Source: Octopus sinensis
Taxonomy: Eukaryota
Assembly (NCBI RefSeq): GCF_006345805.1
Contig: NW_021836305.1
Location: forward strand, 2,778 to 66,777
Length of the DNA stretch: 64,000 bases
Direction: 5' to 3'
The notes under the pieces were generated by a model. That model saw only the letters and a program-made list of their open reading frames with translations, was not told the origin of the DNA and made no database searches. This document shows positions 1 through 13,375 of this stretch, in pieces. The position numbers and the translations under genes are program-made. Position 1 is the first letter of the stretch. Each line of letters starts with the position of its first letter.

Positions 1-385
1 GAGCTCTTACGGTCAGCTACAGTTGGTGGGGTACGTTGTTCTTTGCTTTCCTATCAAACTAAATATTGAATGTATTGACATTGAGGATAAATGCATTTAC
101 ACCATGCATTTCATTTTAAGTTTCTCTGCCTCCACAGTCAAAGATGTGTGGCACCTTACATACACACACACACACACACTCACATACCAAGCATATATAC
201 TCCTGCTTAAATTTTTCTTTCCTCCATCTGACTTTGTGATAAAGAGTGTAAGCTCAAAATATTAAAGACACTTTACTTTTCTTATCTCTCATTCTGTGCC
301 AAACTAATTATCATTACATTCTGTTTTCACTTTGTCTTGTCATTGTTCTCATCAATAATATTCAACAGTCCTTTGCTCAGTAAAC

Positions 386-485
386 TTGTGGGGACTGAGG
401 AAGCTGGAAGTAAATGAATGGCTTGTGAAAGCTGTACAAACCATGTACAGGGGTATTGACAAGAGGGTGAAAGTTAGCAACAGTG
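386..485 (+). mobile_element. RTE-clade LINE RT fragment
   Basis: Translation WGLRKLEVNEWLVKAVQTMYRG..RVKVSN matches the reverse complement of the RTE copy at 24640-24730 in this window. Confidence 0.65.
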
Positions 486-1647
486 AAAGCACGTGGCATA
501 GTGGTAAGAGTGTTGCATGCATGATTGCCAGATTACAGGTTCAGTTCCTGGAACAGGTGACATGTGTTCTTGAGAAAAACACTTCAAGTTTCTCTAGTGC
601 TATGTGGAGACTGGCATGTAAAAAAGTATTTCCATATTCTCATATTGACTGGCATGTGAAAGAGCATCTATATTTCCTCTGCATGTCATAAAAGGTGACT
701 AAAAGAGGTTGAGGTAGTATTTGAACACTGGGGTTGTTTAATTGACTAAGAGGGTAGTGAAATCAGTACTTGATCTATTTGAGGGCTTACTAGAAACTGA
801 TGAAGAAATTTAAAGACCTGTACCATGTTAAGCCATTGACTAGCAATGAAATGTAGATTGGGGAAGTGGAGACACTCATAATATCAAAATAATTTCGAAC
901 ATCAAAACACAATGAAAAAATGTAATGCAGTGCTTGGCACCTGATACCCAGATCAGGATGAACAAATTACATAGAACTCTCTTACCTTTGGGGCACTGTT
1001 TCACATGGGTTGCCATTTCAGAGCAGTAAATGTTGGTTTTAATGTTGGGCAGTTACCTTTTGGTATTGGTGACATAGCCATTGATTGTACAGTAGTTAAA
1101 AACTGTTATCTAGTAACTCAATATGATACAATCTAAATAATAGTCTGCTTGTTTGTTTGACCATTAGACTTTAGTTAGTTAGAGAGGTGGAGTAAAAGTG
1201 AGAGGGGACAGGAGAAGAAATGTGAGTAGAGAAGAAAGAAGAGAGGAGTATAATAATACACTAAGGCCAAATGCATCACATGGTTAGTTGAAGGGAGAGG
1301 TGAAGAGTGAGAGAAAAAGATGAGAGAAAAGTGGGAGAGAGAAGTGGTAATGATGTACTGTAGGGTGGGGAAGGAAAGGTGAAGAGAAAGAGAGAAATGT
1401 TATGAAGAGGGGAATTACATGGTTAAAAAGTTTGTTGAAGAAGAGAGGAATAGAAATTTGAAGTTCTTAGCAGAGGGAAGTTTTAAAATCATATAATGTA
1501 TTATTGGGACAGGAAGTGAAATAATTTGGTAAAATAAAATTAAAAATCATCCTTTCTTTCTTAAATAGCTTCTCTTATCTTTTTTTGTTCTGTGGAATTT
1601 CCACAGATCCCAATAGTATAATACATAATATAACATTTGATTGAGGA

Positions 1648-1865
1648 AAGGCGGTGAGCTGGCAGAAACATTAGTACGCTGGACGAAATGCTTAGTGGTA
1701 TTTCATCTGTCTTTACATTCTGAGTTCAAATTGCACCAAGGTTGACTTTGCCTTTGGTTCTTTTTGAGTCAATAAATTAAGTATCAGTTGCGTACTGGGG
1801 TCGATCTAATCTGCTGGCCCCCACCCCAAAAGTTTCGAGCCTTTTGCCTAGAGTAGAAAAGAATA
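1648..1865 (+). mobile_element. tRNA-derived SINE (family A)
   Basis: aaggcggtgagctggcagaa head, gagttcaaat B-box, gagtagaaaagaat tail; same family at 16909 and 57888. Confidence 0.8.
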
Positions 1866-2598
1866 TTTCATGAAACACTTCAAGGTAGTGAGCAGCATGG
1901 CCCGAGTCCAATAACTGAAATAACTAAAGAGTGAATAGGTATTTCTGTTCATCAGACCACCTGTCTCTATTTGTTTACCTCTATCTCTATACAGGATGGC
2001 TCAAAAGTAGGTTTACAGTTATTCAAATATCTCTTTCACATTTATATATTAAAAGTTTAGATCTTTATTAAGAAAAAAATATGAAACCATTATTCTTTGC
2101 TAATTTAGTTAATTGTAAGATAGAAATATAAATGTAATAAAATGTTTTAAAAGAAATTTAAAGTGCCCGTGTGATTAACTGTAAATCTATACACTGTATA
2201 TCTGGTTATTTTCATCTATCTCTATCTGTCTGTCAATCCGCCTGTCTGTCTCTGTCTATCAGCTTCTCTCTCTGTGTCTATCTGTCATTCTATCTCTCTC
2301 TGTCTATCAGTCACTCTCTCTATCCATCTCTGTCTATCTATCAATTTATCCCTGTTCCTCTATCTACTGTTGTCTGTCTTTTTCCGTAATAAATTTTTTA
2401 AAATGTACACAGTTACAAATTTATATTTATTTACATGACATTCAGGTCTGATAGTTCCTGCACCCCACCACAAGGTTTGGATATGATCTATGTTGTTTTT
2501 GTTCTTCTTTTTAATTAATCAGTCAAACACAAAACAAAAAACAAATAAAACAAATTCTTCAAGATGCAAATTTCTAAAGAATACTTATTTTTTTCCAG

Positions 2599-2702
2599 TT
2601 ATGGGCTGATCGAGTTCTTGGGGTTGCTGCCATTATAATACCAATTTCTGTGGCCATGTCAACGTTTGGCGCAACAAATGGAATTTGTTTCACAAGTGGG
2701 CG
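2599..2702 (+). CDS. SLC7A9: SLC7A9/b(0,+)AT-like amino acid transporter, internal exon (LWADRVLGVAAIIIPISVAMSTFGATNGICFTSGR)
   Basis: ttttccag acceptor, gtgagt donor; peptide resembles the SLC7A9 TM8 region (GDRVL..STIGAANGTCFTAGR); phase joins next exon. Confidence 0.9.
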
Positions 2703-3329
2703 GTGAGTATAAGTTTCCAGCCCATATTTTGTTTCATCTTAATAATAGTAACGATGTTTATGATGATGGTTATATTAATGAAGATGGAGGTGGGGAGGAT
2801 GAGAAAGTGACGATGGTGGTGTTGAAGATGATGTCAATGATGACGGTAATGGCAGTGAAGTTTATTACATGATTATCAAAATATTTTCCTATTTTCTGCA
2901 TGTAGGTTCTTGCATTTTATTTGGAGCGATGTAGTTTGTCCACCGATGCGACGAAGACCATCTAGTCATCCTGGGGTGGGGGTGGGCTTGTTTTGTGAGT
3001 CTGCAGATGGCTAGTGAGGCCAATCTGGGCCCATTCTTCCTGGCTTATCTGCGGTCTTCTGCAACAGCGATCCTATTGGTCTCGCATGTGTTGGCACCCT
3101 TGTCGACAGCTGATATGGGTCTCAAATTCTGATACAACGCCAGCAATGTTATGTACTGGAGTCAATCTGATCAGTTATACCTGTTCTCCAAAATGTGAGG
3201 CCTTGGGAAACATTATCATATGGGAAGGATCTAGATAGAATATTCCATTTCATATAAATTTGTTTATTATAAAGGTAGTGAAGAAAGGAAGAGAAGAGAG
3301 AAAATTACTTCTGGTTCTGATGTCTTGTT

Positions 3330-3640
3330 TACATAGGTAGTTCATCGTCTCACTTGTTGAAAAGAATATCTAACAATTACTCTACATTAAGACATATCAA
3401 GAAACACAAAAATACTGGGATTAATAAATTAATTTGGTCACTAAAGGAACATAATAAACAAATTGATATGAAATGGAATATTCTATCTAGATCCTTCCCA
3501 TATGATAAAGGTAAATCTTTTTGTCCGCTCTGTAATGACGAACAATTTCTCATCCTGCTCTCAAAGAATTTTCTTGTTTAAAGAATGCATTTATCATTAT
3601 AAACATTGGCAAAAACATACCTTTAGTTCCTATAAGTAAT
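3330..3640 (+). mobile_element. Penelope-like element, degenerate GIY-YIG endonuclease tail
   Basis: ORF 3354-3581 (KLIWSLKE..KWNILSRSFPY..CPLC) is homologous to the PLE ORF at 54821-55144. Confidence 0.65.
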
Positions 3641-3939
3641 TTCTACCAATCTATAAAATTTGACCTTTAACTACCTTCTTACATTTCATTTCCACTGCAT
3701 ATATCTATTTCCATGCTTTTAAGCTTTATTCCAATTCATCTATCACGCTATATTTCTCCACTCTTGATTTTCTGTTAATTTCTTTCTTTCTCCTTTTTCC
3801 CTTTCACCAAATTGCCTTTGACATTAAATCTATTAACATCTAAGAAGAAATTGCTTAATGAAAGACGTGTGAGCGTTCTATCTTGTACACACTATTCTAA
3901 ATATGTGTTTAGAAAATTTTATTAAGTGTCTATATTTGT

Positions 3940-4127
3940 ACTCATATGTATCCATTTATATGTGTACATGTATATGTATATACGAATAATCATATATTTG
4001 AGTATATGCATATATATATATTTGTATACATGGGTACATGTTGTTTGTATTTATCTGATGCTATTTATAGCTTGTTTTGCATATGTTTGTGCATATATAT
4101 ATGTATATATATATGTGTGTGTGTGTG

Positions 4128-4163
<36 letters not shown>

Positions 4164-4430
4164 GTGTGTGTGTGTGTATTTGTATGTGTATATGCATGTA
4201 TATGTACATGTACAAGTATATCTATTGAAGTCTCTATATTCATATGTATGTATATATATGTGTGAGGGGAGGGTATTTGTATGTGTTTTGAATAAGTGCA
4301 TATATGTGTGTGTGTGTGTATATATGTATATGTGTGTGTATGTATATGTATGAATGTGTATACATATATATACGTGCGTGTGTGTGTGTGTGTGTGTGGT
4401 GTGTGTGTGTGTGTGTGTATATGTATATCT
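3940..4430. repeat. Compound (AT)n/(GT)n microsatellite field
   Basis: Direct reading; source of many spurious ORFs. Confidence 0.9.
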
Positions 4431-4942
4431 GTAAGATTTATCATCTTAATCTATATTATTCTACTGGATTTGGAAAATTGTTGGCAGATTAATTCAGAAT
4501 TTGATCTTTTTAATGCTATTCTCGTATACTTGTAGTTACTGTTATATACATCATTATATTAGAATTAATATTAATTACATATCACAAATAAGATGTTTTC
4601 ATTATACTAAATAAATAAATGTATTAATACTTCCATTTCATTTATTAATTAATTGATGATAATTATAATAACGATAACAATTATAATAGATAATTAGTTT
4701 TATTTCACTTAATAAATAAATTTAATAACCAAAATATTATAGTATTGTATAGTTTATACGTTATATTATTATTACAACAATATTATTTTGTTAATTCTCA
4801 AAGAATTATAAAATTTGTACATATACTATTTATAGTCACTTAATTCAAAAATAACAATATTAGTTATTTTTATTGTGAGAAATCCTTAATACTTGTTTTG
4901 TTATGTTACTTAATTTACTTATCTATAGTGTTCTCCCTTCCG

Positions 4943-4992
<50 letters not shown>

Positions 4993-4994
4993 TA

Positions 4995-5560
4995 TTGGGT
5001 TGTCCGGAAAGTTCGTGCTGATTTTTAAAGGAAAGAAAAAGGTCAATAAATACTTGCCATTGCATTTTTAATCAACTAAATACGAACCATTTTGTTGTAC
5101 AATGCGTCTCAATCTTTCCTTTGACTTGAAAATACCCTCTTCCCAGAATTGAGGGGGTTTCATGTCAAAGAATTCATCGAGGTATCTTTTTACGTCATCC
5201 AAGGAATTGAAATTTTTACCATTAAGACTATTCTTCAGAGACCTGAATAAGTGGAAATCCGAAGGAGCAATATCTGGTGAATATGGGGGGTGGGGTAACA
5301 CATCCCAGCCGAGCGGCAGCAATTTTTGTCTGGTTCCCAAAGCATCGAGTGCCAAAAATGAACTTTCTTATCTTCCATCTTAAAGGGTTACAGAATTAAC
5401 ACAGGTTATAGGAACATAAGCCTTCTTCCACGAAAAGATAGCTTAAACTGTGCTCTAAATGGAGGTGTAGTCAAATCCTATTTTATGAACTCAACCATGT
5501 TCTAAAATAAGTCGAAAGGTAAGCTACTATAAAACGGCACAAACTTTCCGGACGACCCAA
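4995..5560 (-). mobile_element. Internally deleted mariner element
   Basis: TIRs ttgggttgtccggaaagtt / aactttccggacgacccaa flanked by TA; minus-strand ORF 5068-5355 has the mariner motif HPPYSPDIAPSDFHLF. Confidence 0.92.
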
Positions 5561-5643
5561 TATATATAAACATTTGTGATATTGTATGTGTTGTTGTTAC
5601 TGTATTTACTGTTACAATAAATGTCTCATCTTGTAATCTTTAG

Positions 5644-5740
5644 ATTGACTTACGCTGCAGCCAGAGAGGGTCATCTCCCACAGGTTCTCTCCTATCTTCA
5701 CATCAGGAAGAAAACTCCTGTCATCTCCCTTATATTCTTA
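5644..5740 (+). CDS. SLC7A9: SLC7A9-like transporter exon (LTYAAAREGHLPQVLSYLHIRKKTPVISLIFL)
   Basis: tttag acceptor, gtaagt donor; conserved AREGHL..VLSY...TP motif; phase consistent. Confidence 0.92.
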
Positions 5741-6299
5741 GTAAGTCAAGTATATGATACCTCTGTATTCTCAGATGTTCATTCTATTGTGTTGTTAAAT
5801 TATGTGTGTATATGCATACATATATACATGCATACATATGCGTGTGAGTGAGTGACTAAATGTATGTACAATATATATATATATATATAGCGAGAGAGAG
5901 AAAGAGGGTAGTGAAAATAAAGAAATTCCTGGGCGCTGGAAGGCTGAGAACACAGCTTAGAAAATCAGGTAAATGCCCTTAGAAGTGACCAGCAAGGCTC
6001 CAATTGGTATTTGCTGCCTTGTAAAGGTGTTGATTCAATTTTCTAAGCTGTCTTCACAATCTTCCTGCATTCACAAATTCTTTTATATTCTATAAAATAT
6101 CAACACACTTGGGGCTTATAAATTTGTTTACAATGTATGTGTGTATGTATGCATGCGTATGGTAAAGCTTTAACATGTAGAAAAACACTTGATCAGTGAA
6201 GTGATTAAAGATAATCTTTAAAAAAAATCCCCACAAATCTTGTAATTACAGCTACCCAGGGAGAAATAATAATTTATCAATAATGAGACCTATTGAGTC

Positions 6300-6675
6300 A
6301 AGTACGTCAACATCAGCATCAAAATAAAAATCAAATGGAAATTGTAGTTATGATACCCGTGCCGGTGGAACGCAAATAGCACCATGCAAACGTGGCTGAT
6401 GCCAGCGCTGCCTGACTGACGTCCATGTCAGTGATATATAAAAAGCACCAACCGATCGTAGCTGTTTGCCAGCCTACCCTGGCCCCTGTGCCAGTGGCAC
6501 ATAAAAAGCACCCACTACACTCACGGAGTGGTTGGTGTTAGGAAGGGCATCCAGCTGTAGAAACACTGCCAGATCAGACTAGAGCCTGGCGCAGCCTCCT
6601 GGCTTCCCAGACCCCAGTCGAACTGTCCAACCCATGCTAGCATGGAAAACCAACGTTAAACTATGATGATGATGA
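6300..6675 (+). mobile_element. RTE LINE 3' UTR-derived repeat with (GAT)n tail
   Basis: ggagtggttggtgttaggaagggcatccagc...ccaacccatgctagcatggaaa...gatgatg; same as the 3' end of the RTE copies at 23093 and 26770; further copies near 13470, 21030, 27340, 33140. Confidence 0.8.
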
Positions 6676-6796
6676 ATTCATTCCACTACTTATTAATATG
6701 AAAACAAGACCGTTTGTCAGTTTGAGTAAAAAACAATTAAACGAGAGACAATTGAAAAGAAGACAAGAAAGAAAGCCCCAAGAAAGATAACCAATG

Positions 6797-7150
6797 TTAC
6801 ACTAATTCAATGTCAAACAGACGTAAACCAGTTGTCAATAGTTTACTATGTGTCCGGTGGACTACCTTTAAATTCCGACAAGATGTGTCCTGAAATACGG
6901 GCATACCAGAAAAATCTCGTTCCTTGAACTTATGTATTTGGTTGGAAGTTTTCAAGCTTTTTAATAGATTCAATTTTTCAATAGAACACACAGAAGGTTT
7001 TTTAGACCCTGTTAATATAGGGTTTGGATTTGTATCGAAATTGATCCTTTCGTCTTTAAGTTTCCAGATTAAAATCGAAAGGGTTATTGAATCCCTCTTA
7101 TCACGGTATATAAAGTTTGAAAGATAAATGTAGGTAGAAGGTCCTTGCAC
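6797..7150 (-). mobile_element. Penelope-like element relic (endonuclease tail)
   Basis: ORF with TLSILIWKLKD..CSIEK resembles the PLE tail at 54821-55144. Confidence 0.5.
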
Positions 7151-7172
7151 TTAGTAGATATCCACTTTCCTA

Positions 7173-7397
7173 GCACCCTTTTAAAGCCTAGCCGGGCTCA
7201 TGGGCCTGGTTTCAATGGCGTATGTGTTCTTCAGTTGGACGGGACACCATTCCATCGCAGCGTTACTCATTTTTGCCAGCTGAGTGGACTGGAGCAACAT
7301 GAAATGAAGTGTTTTGCTCAAGTACACAATGCGTCGCCCGGTCCAGGAATCGAAACCACAATCTTACGATCAAGATGCTTGACACTCTAACCACTAG
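7173..7397 (-). mobile_element. tRNA-derived SINE
   Basis: Minus strand tagtggttagagtg (A box) and ggtttcgattcc (B box) followed by ttgctccagtccactcagctggc core; related copy at 12298. Confidence 0.75.
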
Positions 7398-7857
7398 AAC
7401 CCATAGACACAGTAAAATCTTTAACAGACACACAATAAAAGTTTCTTTTTTATGTCCTGTTAATGCCAAGTCGTATATCAATAAGTAACAGATGACTCAA
7501 ACCTGCCCTGGCTGAACATGTAAAGACAAATCTCAATTACCTCTTGGACAGGACTATGATACATCTTCCGTTGTTTACGAAGTTTGGCTTGTTGTATGTC
7601 TCCACTGTCCTGCTTTTGTTACCAACTTTGACCCTCCACAAATCCCAAATTTTATTTTGGTTCACGGGAGCAACTGCCTTTCGAAGCCTCATATTGTTGT
7701 TAATTGCTCGAAATGAGGAGTTGATGGACAGCCAACAACTGATGAAGGGTTGTTCTTTATGTTACTTGTCTTGTTTACCATTTGTTCCTCTCGTTGTTCA
7801 CATAGCCAAGTTCGTCTGCGTATTTCATGTTGTTTACGTTTTTTTACGTCCTATACC

Positions 7858-7888
<31 letters not shown>

Positions 7889-8004
7889 ATATATGTACGT
7901 ATATGTATGCATATATGCATGTGTGTGTGTATATATATATATATTTCAAGAGTAGTGTTCACAAATTTCAGGAAGCATGGAGTTTTTGAAGGATGGATTG
8001 TCCT

Positions 8005-8550
8005 GACCGAGAACACCGGAGGTCTCAACTATCACAGGCTCGATCATAAACCTGTCGGAGAGTGACCTATACTTTGACAGTTTGTTTTTCTTAGCTTGAC
8101 GAACAACAGAGCCTGGGCTGGTAGCTGACAACACAGGGGAAGGTGTCACAGCTTGTGGCATCCCAGATGAGGGACCTACCAACACGAAACGGGAAAATTG
8201 TCATACCATCCAGCCTTTTACCATCCCCTCAGTCTTGCCCTGCAGATTCGAGCTGGAAAGGGAAGCCTGTGGCATTTAGGCCCTGATTTATGATCTTGTT
8301 AAGGGTGGCATAGAAAGTGGTCAGCACTATGACGGCAGGACAGTGGAGTGAGGCTGAAAGAATCCACTGTGGATCCGAAGTAGCATCCATGAGGCTCTCA
8401 GATCTGGAGACCAAACCTCAAGGAAATGCCAATGCACTGGTAGTCATTATCAAGCTGAGTGCCAGTTGCAAGTGATGGCACCGCATTGAGCCAAGCTCTG
8501 CTGTGAGGCTTGAAAGCTGAATGGAAATAAGCTGGATGGTTCTGGTCAGG
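8005..8550 (-). mobile_element. CRE-like non-LTR retrotransposon fragment (restriction-like endonuclease domain)
   Basis: Minus-strand [29 protein letters not shown] and KLSKYRSLSDRFMIEPVIVETSG match RLE-domain motifs (RPDG.T..P...G..L.WD.T..DT; K..KY; P..VET.G). Confidence 0.7.
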
Positions 8551-8646
8551 TCTTGAATAAACCATTGCACCTTATATATACAAAGGTATGGCGATGGAAA
8601 CAAGGAAAATAGAACTCAAAATATAAGTATATGTGTATTTTTATTA

Positions 8647-8757
8647 ATATTTAGCAGAAGTAACAGAGTGACTCAAGTGCCGAAAGTTTTGTGGCTGATC
8701 AGTGCCAACACATGAAATTCTTGGTCCCTGAGTCATTCTGTTCCCTCTGCTAAATAT
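8647..8757. mobile_element. Palindromic MITE-like hairpin (~110 bp)
   Basis: atatttagcagaagtaacagagtgactca ... tgagtcattctgttccctctgctaaatat imperfect 29-bp inverted arms. Confidence 0.6.
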
Positions 8758-9072
8758 CAATATATATAAGTAATGATTTACCATTCAGGTACACACCTTG
8801 TAGTGTGCTGTTCAAAGCCTCAAAGCCCCTTCACAGTTCCTTGTATAAATGTGCAGCACACGACAACTTCTAAAATGGATTGATATGTAAATAAGTGAAA
8901 CAGCAAATAAAGAATTATATACCTTGTGACAAGTTATATGAGATGACACATATGTACCTATGATGCACCACAACTGTTTGCACGGGATCTCACCTGTAAG
9001 GTACCAGTGCACGGAGTGAGTAGACAAACGTAAGAAAGGCACCCACCATGGCAAGGGACGACTATCAGAAGC

Positions 9073-9136
<64 letters not shown>

Positions 9137-9863
9137 TATATATATAAAGGGAAATAAAACAAAAGACGAAGGCAGGTGGAGTACAAACAAACAAATGTAT
9201 TAGTATAGCGCTCAGGAATAGAAATAGAAAAGTCTTATGTATGTATAAAGAAGTGTCATGGGTGGTCATAGAGGCGATACATCAGAGTCACCTATGCTGC
9301 TAAGCACTTTATAGGTACGAAACCAATGGTCACTTTATGACCAGCCCCGTAACATTTAACTTCTTACAAAATATATTTCTGCTATAATGCTTTAGAATGT
9401 GCCTCATTTTCAGATATATGAACGACTGATTATATAAAGAGGGAGAGAGAGAATGTGTATGTGTGTAACATATGATGTACATACTGTACACTTTTTGCTC
9501 CCCAAACATGCAAATCTATCAAAATTGCAAGCGTTTAGTGAATTATCTTACCCAGTTTTATTGAATGATTGTATTTCATGTTTTAGTTCTGTTTGCTGAA
9601 ATTTGTGATGCCATATCCAGGCCCTGTTTTGGAACCAATGAGGGAGCCTCATGTCTCCTCCAAATCTCAAATCTCTCTCTAATGACCTTTAAATAAAATC
9701 TGTATCAGAAAAAATATATTAACTGGTAAAAGAAATAAAAGAAACAAAATTGAACAGCTTCGTCATGGATGGAGCTCCTTTGTTTCCATGTCTGTTCCAA
9801 ACAATTATAACATCCTATTGTACTAGAACTGTCCTAATACTGAATTCTTTGCTTTATCTGCAG

Positions 9864-10013
9864 GCAATAATTGCTTTGATCATGATAATACCAGGAGAAA
9901 TATCTTCACTAATTGATTTCTTCAGTTTTACTGCCTGGCTTTTCTATGGACTGGCTTTCTTATCGCTTATAGTAATGAGGTTTACAAAGAAAGATGAGCC
10001 CAGACCTTTCAAG
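9864..10013 (+). CDS. SLC7A9: SLC7A9-like transporter exon ([50 protein letters not shown])
   Basis: ctgcag acceptor, gtaagt donor, 150 bp; strong similarity to SLC7A9 [23 protein letters not shown]...MRFT...RPIK. Confidence 0.95.
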
Positions 10014-10025
10014 GTAAGTAGACAA

Positions 10026-10084
<59 letters not shown>

Positions 10085-10549
10085 CACATGCACACGTGGA
10101 TATATTTCTTGTTACCAATCCTCACCTGTTTTTGAAGCAAGATAATATTTCCCTATGGGCAGATATATTTCCACGGAACATTAGGAATAAATAACACTGC
10201 TTGGATGACAGGGATGCTCATTTACAAATATCATGTTATTGAGACGAGGAGACACACACACACATGCATATGAAATCGATGAGAGTATTTACATACATTG
10301 GTGCAGTGAGTAAAGTCAGAATAACAAAAGAGTACTTCTGTAGACTATGGGAAATATGGAACTCAGAGCTGTCTGCATTTAACAAAACCATATCTCATAA
10401 TGCTTTTGTAGTACCAGTGCTAGTGCCAATATTTGGAACATGAAAGCCAGAAAAGTACTGACTACCAGTACTTTGAATGTTGTACCATTCAAAACGTTTT
10501 ATTCTTTACAAACAATACACAATGCTTCAAGCGATCTACAATACTCTCC

Positions 10550-10903
10550 TATACATACATACATACGTACATACACACATACATACATACATACATACAT
10601 ACATACATACATACACACATACATACATACACACATACATACATACACACATACATACATACATACATACATACATACATACCTGCATACATACATACAT
10701 ACATGCATGCATACATACATACATACATACATACATACATACATACATACATACATACATACATACACATACATACATACAACATACATACATACATACA
10801 TACATACACACATACATACATACATACATACATACATACATACTACATACATACATACATACATGCATGCATACATACATACATACATACATACATACAT
10901 ACA

Positions 10904-10930
<27 letters not shown>
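10550..10930. repeat. (TACA)n microsatellite
   Basis: Direct reading. Confidence 0.95.
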
Positions 10931-10936
<6 letters not shown>

Positions 10937-11429
10937 GTATATATTTATATATATATAAATATATTAGGTTTGGAGATGATGTACAGGTATTTTATATTAG
11001 AAGAAATGAGGTACTCAGAAATTCGAATGGTTTTATATTTACAGATATTTATTTGTATATTACATGTTTTTATACATCATATAACTTATATCATATATCA
11101 TATATTAGCGCTTTCTGCCATTCTAGTGGGGTTTTCAAATCGAACTATATATATATATATAAATATATATACACACACTCACACACATACCCACGAATGA
11201 GTAGATAAACGAAAGAAAGGCACTCAACACATTTACTGGAAGTTATGAAGCTGGTTGCAGCAAGCTGCTGGTGTCTATCGACCTTTGTCACACCTGTCCG
11301 CCAGGCGTTGCCCTCTTATGTGAGATGAAGTGATGGTGGCAGAGGCAGAAGGTCAGTGAAAACAGCCTTTGAATGTCGCATTGCATCATTTAGACAATAC
11401 CTGCTGATCAGTAAAGAAGGAACTGAGCA

Positions 11430-12080
11430 CATACATACAAATATATACATACATACAAATATATACTTACATACAAATATATACATCAGTAGTTTTCAAC
11501 CAGGGTTCCGCGGAACCTTAGGGTTCTGCCAGTACAGTCCAGGGGTTCCGCAAGAAGTTACAAAACTGCTAAAATCGGCAGTAATTTTTAATTCTCCTGT
11601 GCAGATATGTGTGCATAAGACTATTAAATTATTGCACAGGGGTTCCTCGAGCCAGTGGAATCTTTTCTTGGGGTTCCGCTCCAGCAAAATGTTTGAAAAG
11701 CACTGATATACATACATACAAATATACATACATACAAATATATACATACATACAGATATAAACATACATACAGATATAAACATACATACAAATATATACA
11801 TACATACAAATATATACATACAAATATATACATACATATAAATATATACATACAAATATAAACATACAGATATAAACATACATACAAATATATACATACA
11901 TACAAATATATACATACATACAAATATATACATACATACAAATATAAACATACATACAAATATATACATACATACAAATATATACATACATACAAATATA
12001 TACATACATACAAATATATACATACATACAGATATAAACATACATACAAATATATACATACATACAAATATATACATACA
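11430..12080. repeat. 18-bp minisatellite (atatatacatacatacaa)n interrupted by a MITE
   Basis: Direct reading; period 18. Confidence 0.9.
11487..11705. mobile_element. hAT-type MITE
   Basis: TIRs cagtagttttcaac / tttgaaaagcactg; 8-bp TSD atatacat at 11479-11486 and 11706-11713. Confidence 0.85.
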
Positions 12081-12297
12081 TGAAGAGCTTCTTTCAGATT
12101 CTGATTGAACTTGGTAAAACTCACAAGGATTTGGTCATCCTGGATTGGCAGTAGAAGATATGTTCCTTGAATGCCATGCAATGGGATTGAACCTGAAACC
12201 ACGTTTGTTGAGAAGTTTCTTAACCAGACAGCCATGTCTGTGCCTCATAGTTACAAATCGAACTTCTTAATCGTTAAATCATGTTGTGTCCCTGTGT

Positions 12298-12620
12298 AGG
12301 AACGTGGTTTAGTGGTTAAGGTATTTGGCTCACAATCGTAAGGTTGTAAGTTCGATTCCTGGCAGCGCTATGTGTCCTTAAGCAAGACCCTTTATTTCAC
12401 ATTGCTCCAGTCCACTCAGCTGGCAAGAAATAAGTAATACCTGTATTTCAAAGGGGCCAGCCTTGTCACATTACTTTGTTATGCTGAATCGCTCTGAGAA
12501 CTATGTTAAGGGTACACATGTCTGTGGTGTACTCATCCACTTGCACGTGCAATTTCACGTGCAGCCTCTTCCATTGATTGGATCAACTGGAACACTCACC
12601 ATCATAACCGATGGAGCAAC
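12298..12620 (+). mobile_element. tRNA-derived SINE
   Basis: gtggtttagtggttaagg A box, aagttcgattcc B box, core shared with the 7173-7397 copy. Confidence 0.75.
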
Positions 12621-13206
12621 GGTAAGCAAGCTGTGTCTCTGCGTGTCGTTGCTTTTCTGTTTATAGATTGCATTTTCAGAACACATGTTAGACATCTTTT
12701 TATTTAAGTTTTTCTGTAGTGGATTTTGTTATTAGACGTGGCCATGCTGGGGCACTGCCTTGAAGAATTTTTAGTTCAATGAATTGATCTTAGAACTTGT
12801 TTTGCTTTCGAAACCTGATACTTATTCTATGAATCTCTTTTTCTAAACTGATAACTTATGGGAATGGAAGCACGAACACCAGTTGTCAAGCAGGGGGGGG
12901 GGGCAAACAGAGGCACGAAGATATACACTTGACAACCAGTGTTGGTGTGCTTACATCCATGTAACATTGGCAAAATTTACTGATAGAATAAGGCCCAGGC
13001 TTAAGAAAATAAGCACAGAGGTTGCGTCATTGAACTAAAGTTCTCTCAGGCAGTGCCCCATCATGGCCACAGTCTAATGATTAAAACAAATACACGATAA
13101 AAGATAAAGCATTACAATTCTCATCAAATTTTTCAGCTGCTAATCCCTTTTGTTTTCAATGAAACCAAGATTAATTTTTAAAATTTCTCCTTTATCTTCT
13201 TTTAAG

Positions 13207-13375
13207 GTTTTCATCCTTGTACCAGTTGTAATGCTCATCATCTCCGTATATCTGGTGGTAGCACCAATTGTACAAAATCCCGATTTGGGTTTTCTCTACG
13301 CCTTCCTTTTAATCATCGGAGGACTTATCTTCTATTTCATTTTTCTCCACTTCAAAGTCCAGTTGCCATGCATGG
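13207..13375 (+). CDS. SLC7A9: SLC7A9-like transporter exon (VFILVPVVMLIISVYLVVAPIVQNPDLGFLYAFLLIIGGLIFYFIFLHFKVQLPCM)
   Basis: ttttaag acceptor, gtaagt donor; TM11-12 similarity to SLC7A9 [21 protein letters not shown]...GLLFYFLFVH. Confidence 0.93.

Noticed and set aside
489-550. tRNA-like A/B boxes here and at other SINE heads
   Set aside because: No complete cloverleaf; they are SINE heads, not tRNA genes
7706-7750. GAAA ... CTGATGA arrangement resembling a permuted hammerhead
   Set aside because: Could not identify convincing stems I-III
3926-12235. Long ORFs of HTYI/MYVC/YIYI type, also near 31.5-34, 48.5 and 53-57 kb
   Set aside because: Translations of microsatellites and minisatellites
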